A stretch of DNA of 64,000 nucleotides from Picochlorum sp. SENEW3 (Eukaryota). This document shows positions 49,550 to 62,291 of the stretch, piece by piece (within the stretch, counting starts at the first letter, position 1; each line of letters begins with the position of its first letter). The stretch spans positions 620,001 to 684,000 of the forward strand of contig CP120458.1 of the NCBI GenBank assembly GCA_034226945.1. Direction: 5' to 3'. The notes beneath the pieces are model-generated. The model was not told the origin of the DNA and searched no databases. It saw only the letters and a program-made list of their open reading frames with translations. The position numbers and the translations under genes are program-made.

Positions 49550-52168
49550 TTACACAAATATTAGACGTCTTGCTAGATCATTCAAATTCTGAAAAACTTC
49601 ATCGAGTACTTGTATGGCTCTTGAGAATGAATACCTGCTCGCGATCTTCTCCAATCCATTGGAAGCAAATTGTCTAGCAAGATGGGGGTCTTTCCTCAGT
49701 TCTGAATAGGACCTGACGTATTCCTGAATCTCTTCCGCCAAGAAGTAATCAGTATCTGCACTCAGACCCATTCCTTCGAGTGCTATCCTACTGCCAATCA
49801 CAGGGACGCCGTGAAAGTATGCAGCAGCCACTTTCCCCTTGACTCCTGCTCCGGTTGATAGCGGTACAATGGCACACAGCACCTCTGCATATAATGAGGT
49901 CAGGTCATCATCTGTCATAAATCCATGGAATCGAATCCCCTTATGATGACTCAACTGCTTCAGCAAATCTTCTGGAGGCTGGTGCGATCCTACAATGTGC
50001 ATCACAAAATCTGAATGGTGTTCACGAATAGCATCAGTGACTAGAATTAGGTTTCTTACTGCAACTACATTTGGCACGTGCTGAAAACTTCCAACAAAGA
50101 TTCCTCCATGCCTCCGTTTTAAATATGAACTTTCATCTTGCAGAAGTTTCTGGCCCACAGAAATGGATTCATCAGGATATATGTTTGACACAATCTTCAT
50201 CTTTGATCCTGGCATCCCTTGCAGTTGCAACACGTAATCTTCCACATCACTCATAACAAGTGTCATCACCGACCTGGTAACAATGTCCAACTCACTCTGC
50301 AGTCTTTTATATACTTTAGTTACATTAGCAACCAAATCAGGAGTGACATGAGCCTCCATGTCAAGGTGTGCCATTGTTTTTTCAATGCACTCCTTCTTAC
50401 TGTCAAGATCTTTCCCTTCACCACACAGGGCCAGCCGGATGGCCTCTTCTGGCGATACATATCCTTCTTTGTTCTGCTGCAAAATCTCCCTCGACTCCCG
50501 AAGGAAATGCAAATCCACCGTGTCGTACACGATGGGCACACCTGCACAACACCTACCAATCATCCCAATGACATCCTCTGCCGTGTTTGGTCGGGCAATG
50601 AATATAGCCTTGTAGGGACACTTGGCCCTTCCACACAAAGCCTCTGTCTTATTAGGCTGCAATCGAATCCCGCGAGATCGAATGTATGCCACATCAGCTA
50701 GCCACTGCTGCGGAACGAAATAATGAATGGGAAGAAAGTCAACTTGGATATCAGAGTTTAAGAAGTACCGTAGGATTTCCCACATTCGCTGAGATCCGGA
50801 GTCATATGAGGGTGTAGGTATCACTTGATCTATCCATAAAATCAAATTTTTAATATATCTTTCCCTCGTCGCGAAGAATGGGGTTCCTTCTGGCATATGA
50901 TGCACCAGTGCATCCTTCCATTTCTCTTTAAATATTTGTCTGTTCTTGCTCATCAACAATCGCTTTTCCTTGGAATCTGCCCCAAATGTATTTCCTTCTT
51001 GATGATACACAACAGCAAATGGCTGGAGCACCACCCTCAATCCCACATTCCTCATAGCCATTGCTAAATCAGTATCCTCGTAATACCCACGGCCATAGAC
51101 CCTATCAAAGCCACCCAATTTCACAAAAACCTCCTTCTCCACAGCTATACAAGCAGCAGAAATGTAATCTACCTGATGTGCCATCAATAGCTGCTTTGGT
51201 ACCCGCGTATACCCTCGAAACGCATTCGCAGCCCCTGCCTGGTTGTAGATCACCCCACCAAACTCTTGAATATCCCTTTGCCCCAAAAATAGGGGACCTG
51301 CGATTCCAGCCTTTGGATATGTCACCAACGTATTAATCAGCGCGCCTACAGCACCATTACTGACCATCATATCATTATTCGCAAAAAGTAAAACACTTCC
51401 TCGTGCAATCTCTGCACCCTTGTTGCAGGAAAATGAATACCCTTCTGACACATCATTCCTCAAATATGTGTATCTAAAATCATACCAGGCGCTCATGTCC
51501 TTCAAACACGATTTGACAATAGATACATGCTCTAAGTAACTTTCATCATCCACCACAACGAATTCCATCTTGAACTTGACAGAATCCTGTGCAAGTTCAT
51601 GCACACTCTGGCACGTCATTTGCCCTTGATTATGAAATGGCATCACCACAGATATCAACGGATCGGCAGCTTGGTCATGATGATGATTCTTTTTGTTACG
51701 GTTTCCATCACGAATGACTGAGACATCCTTGCCTAGCTTGAGATTTTCCTTCAGGACAGAAAACTCAGTCTTCCCCAGACGATGATGCCATGGCACCACA
51801 TCAGACTTTCTCAAAGATCCATTGGCACAAACAGGTCCAAGAACCTTCATAATTGCCTGATCTTCGAAGCATCCACCCAGGAATGGCTGCTGTCGAAGCT
51901 TCTCATTCAAGCGGACAATGTCAGGATGACGTGCCCAATGTGGAGCAGGTTGTTTGGACAAATAAAGCAAGCGAATCAGAAAGGCGCTTGATCCTACTGT
52001 ACACAACCAAATCAAGCAAATAACATATTTAAGATGGAAATAATTCCTGAGAATGCATCGTGCATCATAGAGAACTCGAGTGATCTGTTTTCTTCGTTCT
52101 ATCCATCTTCGTCTCGACTGGCCAGTTCCATGGAAGATGGACCGCTTGCGGTTCTCATGATGGTACAT
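49550..52168 (-). CDS. GT2-GT4 fusion glycosyltransferase with type-II anchor
   Basis: ISVVMPFHN, VVDDES, LFANND, GGFD..YYEDTD, P.P..DSGS.R, YDTVDLHFLRE, VGSFQHVPN, GAGVKGK. Confidence 0.9.
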   Translation of the reverse strand: MYHHENRKRSIFHGTGQSRRRWIERRKQITRVLYDARCILRNYFHLKYVICLIWLCTVGSSAFLIRLLYLSKQPAPHWARHPDIVRLNEKLRQQPFLGGCFEDQAIMKVLGPVCANGSLRKSDVVPWHHRLGKTEFSVLKENLKLGKDVSVIRDGNRNKKNHHHDQAADPLISVVMPFHNQGQMTCQSVHELAQDSVKFKMEFVVVDDESYLEHVSIVKSCLKDMSAWYDFRYTYLRNDVSEGYSFSCNKGAEIARGSVLLFANNDMMVSNGAVGALINTLVTYPKAGIAGPLFLGQRDIQEFGGVIYNQAGAANAFRGYTRVPKQLLMAHQVDYISAACIAVEKEVFVKLGGFDRVYGRGYYEDTDLAMAMRNVGLRVVLQPFAVVYHQEGNTFGADSKEKRLLMSKNRQIFKEKWKDALVHHMPEGTPFFATRERYIKNLILWIDQVIPTPSYDSGSQRMWEILRYFLNSDIQVDFLPIHYFVPQQWLADVAYIRSRGIRLQPNKTEALCGRAKCPYKAIFIARPNTAEDVIGMIGRCCAGVPIVYDTVDLHFLRESREILQQNKEGYVSPEEAIRLALCGEGKDLDSKKECIEKTMAHLDMEAHVTPDLVANVTKVYKRLQSELDIVTRSVMTLVMSDVEDYVLQLQGMPGSKMKIVSNIYPDESISVGQKLLQDESSYLKRRHGGIFVGSFQHVPNVVAVRNLILVTDAIREHHSDFVMHIVGSHQPPEDLLKQLSHHKGIRFHGFMTDDDLTSLYAEVLCAIVPLSTGAGVKGKVAAAYFHGVPVIGSRIALEGMGLSADTDYFLAEEIQEYVRSYSELRKDPHLARQFASNGLEKIASRYSFSRAIQVLDEVFQNLNDLARRLIFV

Positions 52169-52246
52169 TCACACAGATTCATTCACGCAGACTTTTTTTA
52201 AATTTTTATAGGGGATCATTACACAGTCGAAAGTGTTTTTTTTTTT

Positions 52247-53590
52247 CAGTCTTACATGCCCGGTGGTGATGGTGATGCATACTGAAAGATGAGCACAATC
52301 CTCAAATTCGGATTGAGGGGCTCGATTCTCTTGAACGAGCCTTTACTCATCCCCACCACCATCACCTCGTTTAGGCCAAGATGTAGTAATTGATTGATTG
52401 CAAACAATTGACTCAAACCATTCTCAGTTCTCAGTGATGGAAGGGAAGAAGTGGAATCCACACGACGAGGCAAGCCTTGCTTTGGAGGCACTGGGAAAAT
52501 GTTGCCCAATGGCAGTGCCCATGAACCTCGATGGGCCATGCTTCTTCTTCGTATTCCAATAATCGCTGGGAGAATGTTGAATAATATTTGGCCGGTATAA
52601 TGGATGCTTCCTACAAGTTTTTCACCCTTGTTAGTGGTTTGAGGAACCAGCTGTTGTTGTTGGTATACTTGAAAGAGTAGTGGTGTCCTCTGGCTTGCCT
52701 TGCGGCATTTTGTATTCGTGTTGATATGGAGGAGGTTCTTGAGGGTTCGGGTATCTACCAGCCTGCCACGGGCATACACAATATTGGTACGCCATGAACT
52801 TTCTCTCTCTCTCAACCTCCAACTCTCTTTTTTTTGAGAAAGAGAGAGTCAAACCTCCTCCTATGTATGACATCCTTCGTATGACGATGATGATGATGAT
52901 GTTGATCATGAGCAATAGAGAAGAAGATCCAGAATCAACATCTTTGCTGTGTTCTGAGGACCAAATCAGCAGGCCAAAACAGCAACAGCAGGAGCAGCAA
53001 AACCAAAACAACAAAAACACTCTCCTTCCTTTCCCTTGTCTTTTCCAGCATCCTGATTCTACATCATGATATAGATAATGCATTGGCAATCGCCAATCCA
53101 TCAAAATTTGAGCATCGAGAGAAAACAAGAGCAATGAATCGATGCGCATCGACGATGAATGCGGTTTTGGCGACAGGAGACGCCGAATTCTCGATTTATT
53201 GGCGCTATTTTGTTATTTTTCATTTCATGTATAATAACGGATCATAAAAAAGGCCAGAAGAGACAAAAAGAGAAAAAAAGGCTTGGAATGCATGCGATTC
53301 GATGATCCGAGATTTTCTTCTTGATTTTGGTGGATTTTCTTTGATTTCTTCTTTTCTATTCAAAAAGAATGGTTCAATGGATACTAAGAATGCTTAGGAT
53401 GCGGGTTTGGAGGAGAGTTGAGGATTTTGATGGTGTCCTCTGAGCCTCAGAGTCTGAGGTGATTGCACTATTGGGTATCCACTGCAATATATCTGCGGTG
53501 GAAGCTCAAATGTCTTCTTTTTAAGATGCATGAACCTTTTGCGAATCAATCTTCAAAAGCGGCCAAGAGACTGATGATGATGTAATAGTA
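52247..53590. repeat. Dispersed repeat family, longest copy (~1.35 kb)
   Basis: Contains both the 38196-type and 35392-type segments; preceded by a T11 tract. Confidence 0.9.
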
Positions 53591-54331
53591 CAGCATATTG
53601 CATACGCAAACGATTGTATCCCTCGCTGCTGCTGCTGCTTCATGTCCGTCAAAAAATGAAAGACTCCTACGCTGACTTCACTGTGGGCAGCTTGTGTGAC
53701 TGCCCAACATATTTCTGTGGAGCATGGATGAAACAAAGATCACTGTTGGTATTCTTCAAGGTGTTGTTAAGCTCCGACCAAGCCCATACTCTTTCATCTA
53801 GGACGATTTGAGATCGTGGAGTATACATATATACATATGTGCCGCACATAGTTGGTTCCTGAGGGGCTCCGATGACAGATGATCGTCGTAGCAGAGGCTA
53901 TGCATCTTTCAAGCACTGCATCGAATTGACGTTTTGGCATTGAAGACCAGGTAGAAGATGTGGCTCTTGCTTGGGAATGGAGTTGCCCTCCAGTGTTGAC
54001 GACTGGTTTGCAATAACAGGTGTCTTTGAAGGTGAATTCATGCGCTAGTAGCACACATTTTGATTGCTGTCATGCAGTGTAATGATTCAGTCGTCAAATG
54101 GCTCAAAAAGTCTACACATATCATCAAAAGGTGTTGCAAATTATGTATGAAGAATGTGTATGACATGTATAATGTATGTACGAGATGATGCAGATAAAAG
54201 ATTATTCATGTAATATCCTGCCCTTGATATTATTATTATTCTGTCTATCTAACATTAGATAACACAGAGAGTCGGTTCGATTGTAACTGCATACCACTTG
54301 TACTATAAAACTACAATCAAAAACTTTGCCA

Positions 54332-55396
54332 TCATCCTGCATGACGGTGATGATGGTTTTGCTGCTTGTGTTTTGAAACATGAAAAAGGAGTGTCCGGGA
54401 TTTGAGAATCATGGCATTCCATAGTCGATTCTTTCTGAACCAGTTGACATGCCTCAAATACGCTACGACAAGCGCGATCAAAAACGCCACCTTGAGCAAG
54501 AATTTCAGCGCACTCGTGGGCCCATGTTGGTGTCCAATGGAATTCAAGGTTGGTTTGACCACCAGTGACGAAAAGTCGTCATCGTCTAAATCAAATATGA
54601 GAGGATCGTACTCGATGCCATCCTCGGCAAAACTCAAGCAGCGTTCCACTTGTGGCGCAGTCCATTTTGGAAAGGTGCTGCACCGCTGCTTGAGCTCTGG
54701 AATAATCTTGGTGTCCAAAATGTGTTGAAAATTCATTTCCTCTTCCTGTTCCTTTTGTTTTCTTTCTTCTTCTTCTTCCCTTTTTCTCCTCTCCTCCTCT
54801 TCTTTCCGTCTCTTTGCTTCTTCCTCCTTTTGCTTTTTTGCTTCCTCTTCTTCTTTCTTCCTCCTCTCCTCTTCCTCCTTTCGTTTCCTCTCTTCCTCTT
54901 CTTTTCTTTTTCGTTCTTCTTCCTCCTTTCGCTTTCTCTCCTCTTCTTCTTTTCGTTTTCGTTCTTCCTCTTCCTTTCGCTTCTTCTCCTCTTCTTCCTT
55001 TCGCTTTCTCTCCGCTTCCTCTTCTATTCGCTTCCTTTGCTCCTCTTCCTCCTTTCGTCTCTTCTCTGCATCCTCCACTACTGCATCTGCCTTTTGCTGC
55101 ACTGCCTGTGTGTCCTTCTCTAGATGCATCGCTTGTTTGAATTTTTCCTCAACCTGAGCCAGGATTTCTTTTTCAATTTCAGACTTGAGTTTGTCTTCCT
55201 CTATCCTCTGTTTTGCTTCAGCATCTGCGGCATTTTGCTGCAGTAGTTTTCTTGATACGCCACGGGCAACGACAATGTCAGTCGCTTTTGCCCGTACATC
55301 ATCATTATCGAGTCCCAATACAGAAAAGAAAGGACCACAACTCCAGAGCAACACAGAACCTAGGAAGATCCATAGCAATCTTGCCATTCCATCCAA
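54332..55396 (-). CDS. Membrane protein with E/K/R-rich single-alpha-helix repeat
   Basis: Signal peptide, RKLLQ, (EEERKRK)n and C-terminal TM. Confidence 0.8.
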   Translation of the reverse strand: MDGMARLLWIFLGSVLLWSCGPFFSVLGLDNDDVRAKATDIVVARGVSRKLLQQNAADAEAKQRIEEDKLKSEIEKEILAQVEEKFKQAMHLEKDTQAVQQKADAVVEDAEKRRKEEEEQRKRIEEEAERKRKEEEEKKRKEEEERKRKEEEERKRKEEEERKRKEEEERKRKEEEERRKKEEEEAKKQKEEEAKRRKEEEERRKREEEEERKQKEQEEEMNFQHILDTKIIPELKQRCSTFPKWTAPQVERCLSFAEDGIEYDPLIFDLDDDDFSSLVVKPTLNSIGHQHGPTSALKFLLKVAFLIALVVAYLRHVNWFRKNRLWNAMILKSRTLLFHVSKHKQQNHHHRHAG

Positions 55397-56070
55397 AAAG
55401 GTAGGCAGTTATTCAGCCAGTGCCAAAAAATGCAGAAAGTGAAAGTTTGTAAGACTTCTGGAAACGTTGGTCGATCAAAGATTGCTCACACAAATGCTTG
55501 ATACAGTCGCATATACAAGCGTAAGATTTCTCTGTTGATGTATATACACCTCGATGCACCCAGTGTGGTCTCAAAACGAAATAGTATTTAGTAGTGGATA
55601 CAGTGCCGATGTATGAAAGACGATTAGATTTTTCTATTGATGGATGGATGTACGCGCGAATTGTAAAACAAATACATAAAATATACGAATAGGCTACAAT
55701 TTGTCGCGGGATACAAAGACCTACTTGTTTTAGGTTTTCGTAGGTCTCAACGCATAAGCCCTCTGACAATCACATTGTCAGATGCAATCGATGGATGTGT
55801 CCGGTCGAGTAGTCACAACGTCCGTGGTGGTCTGCATACGGCCCAGCTGAGCCGTATACGGCGAGGTCATCCATCCAGGCATCCATGGCAACTGGATCAA
55901 GTAATAATAATTCAGTGCCCACTTCATTCATATCATCCACCCCGAATGTGGAAATGTATGTACTCCACTGGGACCCATGACAAGAAAAAAGATCTATTTT
56001 CTTTGGAAGACGTGGTATCATCATCATCATGGCATACGAACACACAAAAAACTCACACAATTTTCCATGA

Positions 56071-57065
56071 AGTCTTACATTCATCAGCCCATGTGTGGGG
56101 GTGATGATGATGCATCGTGAAGAGACATGTGGGCACAATCCTCACATTTGAAGCGAAGAAAAAAGAGCCTTTTTTTCTCATTCTCAACATCATCACCATC
56201 ACCACCTCGAGGCAAGCCTGGACGTGTGCTCATTTTTTCTGTGGAGGCACTGGGAAGAAGTTGTTGCCTACTACTGGCAACATGCCCATGGGCTATGCTT
56301 CTTCGTATTCCAATAATAATCGCTGTGAGAATGTTTGACTAATATTTGGCTGGTATAATGGATGCTTCCTTTCACCCTAGTTGGTGAGGATGGAACCAGA
56401 TTTGTTGTTGTTGGTGGTGGTGGTATATACTTGGGAGAGCGAGTAGTAGTACTCTGGCTTACCTTTTCTGAGGCATTCTTTGTATTGTCGTGGTTCGTAG
56501 TAGAAGAATCTTGTTGAGGTATATTACTACTTGTGCTAGAGAAGAAGAAGAAGATCCAGTAGCATCATCTTTGTTCATTGAGGATGATGGCCAACCATCT
56601 TGGAGCAGCAGCAGGGGCGAAACCAAAAGAAACAAAAACACTCTCCTTCTTTTCCCTTGTCTTTTCCAGCATCCTGATTCTACATCATAATCTTAATATT
56701 GTATTGGCAATCACCAATCCATCAAAATTTGAGCATCGAGAGAAAACAAGAGCAATGAATCGATGCGCATCGACGATGAATGCGGTTTTGGCGACAGGAG
56801 ACGCCGAATCGTTGATTTGCTGGCGTTATTTTGTTATTTTTCATTTCATATATAATAACGGATCATAAAAAAGGCCAGAAGAGACAAAAAGAGAAAAAAA
56901 GGCTTGGAGTGCATGCGATTCGATGATCCGAGATTTTCTTCTTGATTTTGGTGGCTTTTCTTTGGTTTCTTGTTTTCTATGGAGAAAGAATGGTTCAATG
57001 GATAATAAGAATGCTTAGGATGCGGGTTTCGAGGAGAGGAATTGAGGATTTTCAGGATTTTGAGG
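56071..57065. repeat. Dispersed repeat family copy
   Basis: Starts agtcttacat; ~56630-57050 is highly similar to ~53010-53430. Confidence 0.9.
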
Positions 57066-57865
57066 GCATCAGTGCCTAGAGCACTGGGGGGAAGCTCCCA
57101 GATCGATCTGGCAATCTCATGTGGTGCTGTTCTTGGAGTCCAAGACTTGGAGAAGAGGAGGAGACTTGACCTGGGTTCTGCGCCCATGAGCCACATTTGT
57201 GCATCCAGAGGTACATGGGCTGCCTCCAGAGCAATTGTCCTTGTCTCTCTCCCTACCCAGGACATACAACTGGTCCCCAAATGTAGGATCTTTAAAGATC
57301 GGGCTAAGATTCTACCCCATACCTAACCGATTCCCTATCACACTGATACGGATGAAGAACTGGTAGCCCATTTGGAGGGCTAGAATCACTGCTTTTGATA
57401 GTGGCATATTCTTCCCAGGATATTTTGGCCTTTGACCGGGACGTTTCGGGATATTTTTCAACTCGATACAAGAGCCTTTTTGATGGGACGAACGCTGAAG
57501 TTCTTTCAAAAGGTGGTTTCCCTGCCTTGTGAGACAGGACAAGCTTCGAAGGGCCATCTTACAGCAATATCAAATTGATGAACAACCAGTATTGTTGGCC
57601 TGTACAGGTTGTGCACAACAACACACATGTACATGTTGATGATCACTAGGTAGCATCTCATGCATGATATCTCACTCTAGAGTGAGGCCCAGGCAAGCAT
57701 GGAGCACGCCAGCATCATACACTACCATTCTTATCCGCGAAAGACCCATTAGACAAGAGGTAGAGATGCAAACATTCTTCCAGCCATGGAATGAGAATGT
57801 TGGCCCAGTAAGATCGTAGCTGCAGTAAGAAGAACTTCTTCTTCAACAAACTGTATCCTAGTAAC

Positions 57866-59595
57866 CTAGTCACCACGGAAAGAAGAGGAATTAGGGGGGT
57901 TCAAAGCAGTTGACACTTCCAAAGTTGCGACAGAAATGGCCTTCTCGCCGCCAGCAACATAGTAAAGATACAACTTTGAATCATCCACAAACACATACGG
58001 ATCTCTCAGTTGTCGGACTGTACCAGGGGCTGCGCCAAATTTGGAGGGGACCAAAGGCATATTCACTCCCTCAAAAGGGAGCTCGGGCTCAAGAATGGGG
58101 ACACCAATTCCTACCTGCCATGCTCTCCAATCATCCCAGGGATTCATGATTTCAGTATAGTAAATCCTCTCGGGTGCCTCATCTACAACTGTGTAAAAGA
58201 TGTAGACTTTTCCTTCCCTGACTAGGACAGAGGTATGCCGGCTTCTAGGGAGTATGTGTGGACCGGGATCGAATTGTGTCAGTCCATCTCGTGACTGAAG
58301 AATCATGCTCGAACTATTGCCATTTTTTGCCAAACCGTAGAAGTGGCCCCCCATGACAAAAGCCCGCAAGTAAAATGGAGCAATTGCATTCATTGAATGC
58401 ATGAAAAATACTTTGCCATTCGTGCTGGTTGCAACATATGTGTATTGGCCATTGCGCCCAGCGGCATGAAAATACATCCTGATCGTTTCAGAGGCCTTGT
58501 CTACATATATATCCGGACTTGCTATATGGGCATACCACGCATGCTATTCTGATTTCTTTACCCGAATGTCCTGCAAAATACATGATGTAACGAACATTGA
58601 AATCCATCCACATATCAGTCTTGATAACTGTAGGGCCATTGATATTAGCCAAACCTGTACTGGCTTGATCCAGTATGGGAATCTGACGAAATCTCCTAGG
58701 GACAAAAAAACAGAAGAGTAATTGTAGCCTAGATCTCTTCCGGCCTCATACGTATCGATATTGCTGAAATAATTTAGGAAATGAGTCATGTTCTTGTGAT
58801 ACATTGATGTAGTGCGCCATCCTTGGCTGAGTTGATGTTGCCTGAATGCCACGTGATTCAACCTTGATGGAGCAGGCTTTTCCGGATTCTCCTTAGAAAG
58901 CATCTTGAAAAAGCTATTGATGACTTCCTCATCTTTCTGATTACTTGAAGCGTACTCTTTGCAATGAGCTTTAGTTTTTCCTTCTCTCCATTCACTCAAG
59001 TTTGATGGGAGCAAAGACAGCAGCAATCGACTACCATCTCCATGCCTCAAGCCTACATGTCTAACAATAGAGTGTAATGCTGGCAGTACTTCATCTTCAT
59101 TAGATAGCATGGAATATTTGATAGATAAAACTCTAGGGTGCTTCAATAAAGATACCATTGCCCGGTTGTCTGATGTCCATCGATCTAGCCCTGCTCTATA
59201 GGCTTTTTCTGATGCTTCCTCACTTAATCTCATTGATATTGATATCGCCGTATCTAATGGATCTCTGTATATGTAAAGGAGGTACGTACGTTAAAGGACA
59301 AAATGAGACTAGCATTATAGACATGGATGGGTGTTTTCTCAACCCATGCCTTGAATCCACCCTTCAAAGCCTCCTCATCCCAAGCCTGCATGATCTTCTT
59401 TGCTTCATCCACTGTGGAGGGATTCCAATTGGTGACAGAGGCCAAGGTGCTGGGTATCACCGTGCACCATGGGACAGCACCACCGACGGTCGACTGGGAA
59501 AGCAAACTGAACAGCATCCCAACGACAGCCAAGGTCATCAAAGCTAACAGGAGCTCCTGTTTTGGAAAGTTCCGATTGTGGAACACCTTTGTCAT
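57866..59595 (-). pseudogene. Sulfotransferase plus five-bladed beta-propeller (GH43-like) fusion, frameshifted
   Basis: TM; WVEKTPIH and YRDPLDTAIS (sulfotransferase); NINGPTVI, YIMYFAGH, SPDIYVD, RMYFH and QLRDPYVF (propeller) spread over several frames. Confidence 0.65.
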
Positions 59596-59715
59596 TTGGG
59601 GAATCCTGGATGCTGCAAAATTCAACAGAGTGCTACACGAGGTCCTGAGATAGATTATAGGACGATTATGCATGCTCGAAATGTTGCTCTTAGACCCGAA
59701 TCGCCTCGAACCCTC

Positions 59716-59790
59716 CATACAGAGAAGAGGCCTTATTTAAGACCCCCATCAAATTTCGGTGTATCCCATCAAATATCAGGGGGACCGGGA
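59716..59790 (+). mobile_element. Left end of a related subfamily of the 212-bp element
   Basis: Identical first ~32 nt, then similar through cccatcaaat...gggaccggg before diverging. Confidence 0.85.
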
Positions 59791-59944
59791 GAGAATCCGG
59801 TGCCCTCTCATCCGGCCTGTGGGCACCTCCTTATTTGTCCCCAGGCTGTCCGGCACGGAACATCATAAATCGGCTTATAATTCTCGTCACCCAATATAAA
59901 ACTATAAGCACATATTCAGTACACCCAGCACAGGAGAGCTCGCA

Positions 59945-60229
59945 ATGGACACCGGTGTCAACCCTACCCTCGCAGACCTCAGAAGAGATGTCGACGTGAA
60001 CGTCAGAGCGACCGCCGAAGAAGCAATCCGCCTCGTTTACGACCTCAGCCATGAGTATCCGTGCTTCCAGGATGCCGAAAACAAGACACCACAGGAATGC
60101 ATCCGACTTATTGATGAAGTAATGGGACCACAGCAGGAAAGCCCAGATTGGCCTATGGGAACCCCAGCACTGAGGACATTGTACGACGCAAAGGTTGCTT
60201 TGTTGACCCTGCAGCGTGGCATGCCATGA
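59945..60229 (+). CDS. Small hypothetical protein, possibly element-borne
   Basis: 94-aa ATG ORF with helical character, 230 bp inside the element end. Confidence 0.4.
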   Translation: MDTGVNPTLADLRRDVDVNVRATAEEAIRLVYDLSHEYPCFQDAENKTPQECIRLIDEVMGPQQESPDWPMGTPALRTLYDAKVALLTLQRGMP

Positions 60230-60849
60230 TGCTTATTCAATCCCTCGAGAGCGTAGCAGTTGACTGATTCGCACTTTCGAGATGTCAGTGCAAATACAGA
60301 GAATTCTCTCTCTTTGAAGCAATTGAAAATGTCAACTTGACATTGTCTTTGAATACAATGTATATTTTGAATATTGTAACTGCACGCACAAATTAGCTTT
60401 CGATATCACTTTCTTGCATTAAATATTTTCCTGTTTAGGCCGCTTTTAATCGACTAAATCGAAAGTATAGGATGGGAATTCTACCGGCATAACAAAGCAA
60501 GAGTGAAATGCAAATCTGGAGGAGTGGCAATCTGGATCAAATCCCAAGGGCCCAAACGTGGCAGGATCCATATCCAGCAATAAGTCCATAAGACAGCAGA
60601 AGGTCGATTCCTAGGAGTGCATATGAAGTGGGTGGGGCACCACATCCAACTCGGATGTGCATGCATGCCCAACAACCACATGCACACCTACGACCTTATT
60701 GAGCAGCACCTCCACGGTCTGGCAACAACATCTATACTATATACATGTTTGACCCGTTTGGCGAATGTCAAACTACATGGCCTTCGGCCATGGGTCTTTT
60801 GCAGGCATAGCTTCGTATATATATAGGGTACCTTTGCTGCCATTTTCAG

Positions 60850-61305
60850 GAAAAAAAGAGGAATGAATCGAATTCTTGAAGATGGGCGAGTTTTCTTCTC
60901 GATTGGTGGTTTTTCTTTGGTTGCTTCGTTTCTGTTGAGAAAAAATGGTTCAATGTATAATGAGAATGCTTGGGATGTGGGTTTGGAGGAGACTAATTGA
61001 GGATTTTCAGGATTTTGCTCTGTGGCAATTGTCTGCTGCTGCAGTTGACTCTACTCCGAATTCGACTGATTTGTTGTTGCTTGGTCTCTATTTTGTTCAT
61101 GGTTTCTCTACTAGCAGCAGCAGCAGCAGCAGATGGTGTCTTCTGAGGCAGATTGCACTATTATTGGGCATGATTCAGACGTATATCCCATTGACAGTGG
61201 CCATTGGTATCTGCAATGGAAGCTCAGATGTGTTCTTCAGAGTGCGATCTTTTGCGAATCGATCTTCAAAAAGCAACCAGCAGACTGATGATACTATGAT
61301 AGTAT
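60850..61305. repeat. Dispersed repeat family, right-part copy
   Basis: Aligns with ~53270-53590 (gagaatgctt.ggatg.gggtttggaggaga; gaatc.atcttcaaaagc). Confidence 0.8.
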
Positions 61306-62291
61306 ATAGAGCCTTTGAGTGTCTCACAAAAGGAATGCCTCATGAAGTGTCTATCCGAGCACCTGTCTCCTTCGCTTCGAAGCGACTTACAGGCGCTTTG
61401 AGTGCAATTTAAAGGAGGAGATAAACTTGATTGATGAAAGAAAGACGATCTACGACGCCTCACGAGGCAGGAGGCCATCCGTGGTCTGTTGAGAGAATTG
61501 CTACCATGTTCTGCCTGCCACAAGCTACATGGCACCTGAGTCCTGCCAACCGTTTTTCCTCAGATTGCCTCTCCCATTTCAAAGAGATCATGTGATCTCG
61601 TGAATCTCAAATTCGGGCCTGACCTTGTTGACAACAAGATACATTTAATTTCAATTCGACTTGCGATATTAAATACCACCATGGGGAAGGTTCTCAAAGA
61701 AATTGCACTCAAAGCGTCCAGTCCTTTTTGAGCAGGCTCCACTGCGAAAGCCTGGCATGTATTAATTGTGAAGATCTTTCAAGGGTCTGTTCAAAAGATT
61801 GAGATTTGTGCGAGCTCGCAGCACTTGCTGTGAAGTAGATGGGACACAACTGCTGAGAGATACATTGCTGTGACCGTGAAGCATTGACAGAGCATTTTGC
61901 GGTTTCATGGAGTGCAAAAAAGAAGAGAGATCTCTAGATATACTCATATGAGCACAGGCCTGTGTACGTAGGTACACACAGGTGATGACATTTTGATCAA
62001 CATCATTATGATGTGTCTTATTGTGTGTAGACATATTGATGTGTCTACATGAACATCTGGATGTGTATATAGATGGTGGATTGCAATTGCATGCATATCT
62101 CATGTTCTTGGCATTCAGAGACTTGATTGGAGCTCTTTCGTAGGCTGTCTTCCTAGATATTCCCACATAAATATGATGCACAAGAATCCTTTTCAGAGTG
62201 ACCTAGGGAGATGTCCTAAGGGGTGCTCAGGATGCCTGTATTAAAAATGATACAAATGTATGTATGTATGTATTTGACGTGAAAGTATGTT

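Noticed and set aside
52252..52815. Protein-coding gene within the dispersed repeat
   Set aside because: The frame is not conserved among copies and no domain is recognisable
54650..55140. Phe/Leu/Ser-rich plus-strand ORFs
   Set aside because: Antisense of the E/K/R repeat protein
58230..58237. Additional GAGGTATG footprints (also catacctc at 12316)
   Set aside because: No flanking 8-bp duplication; they lie in coding sequence and are expected by chance
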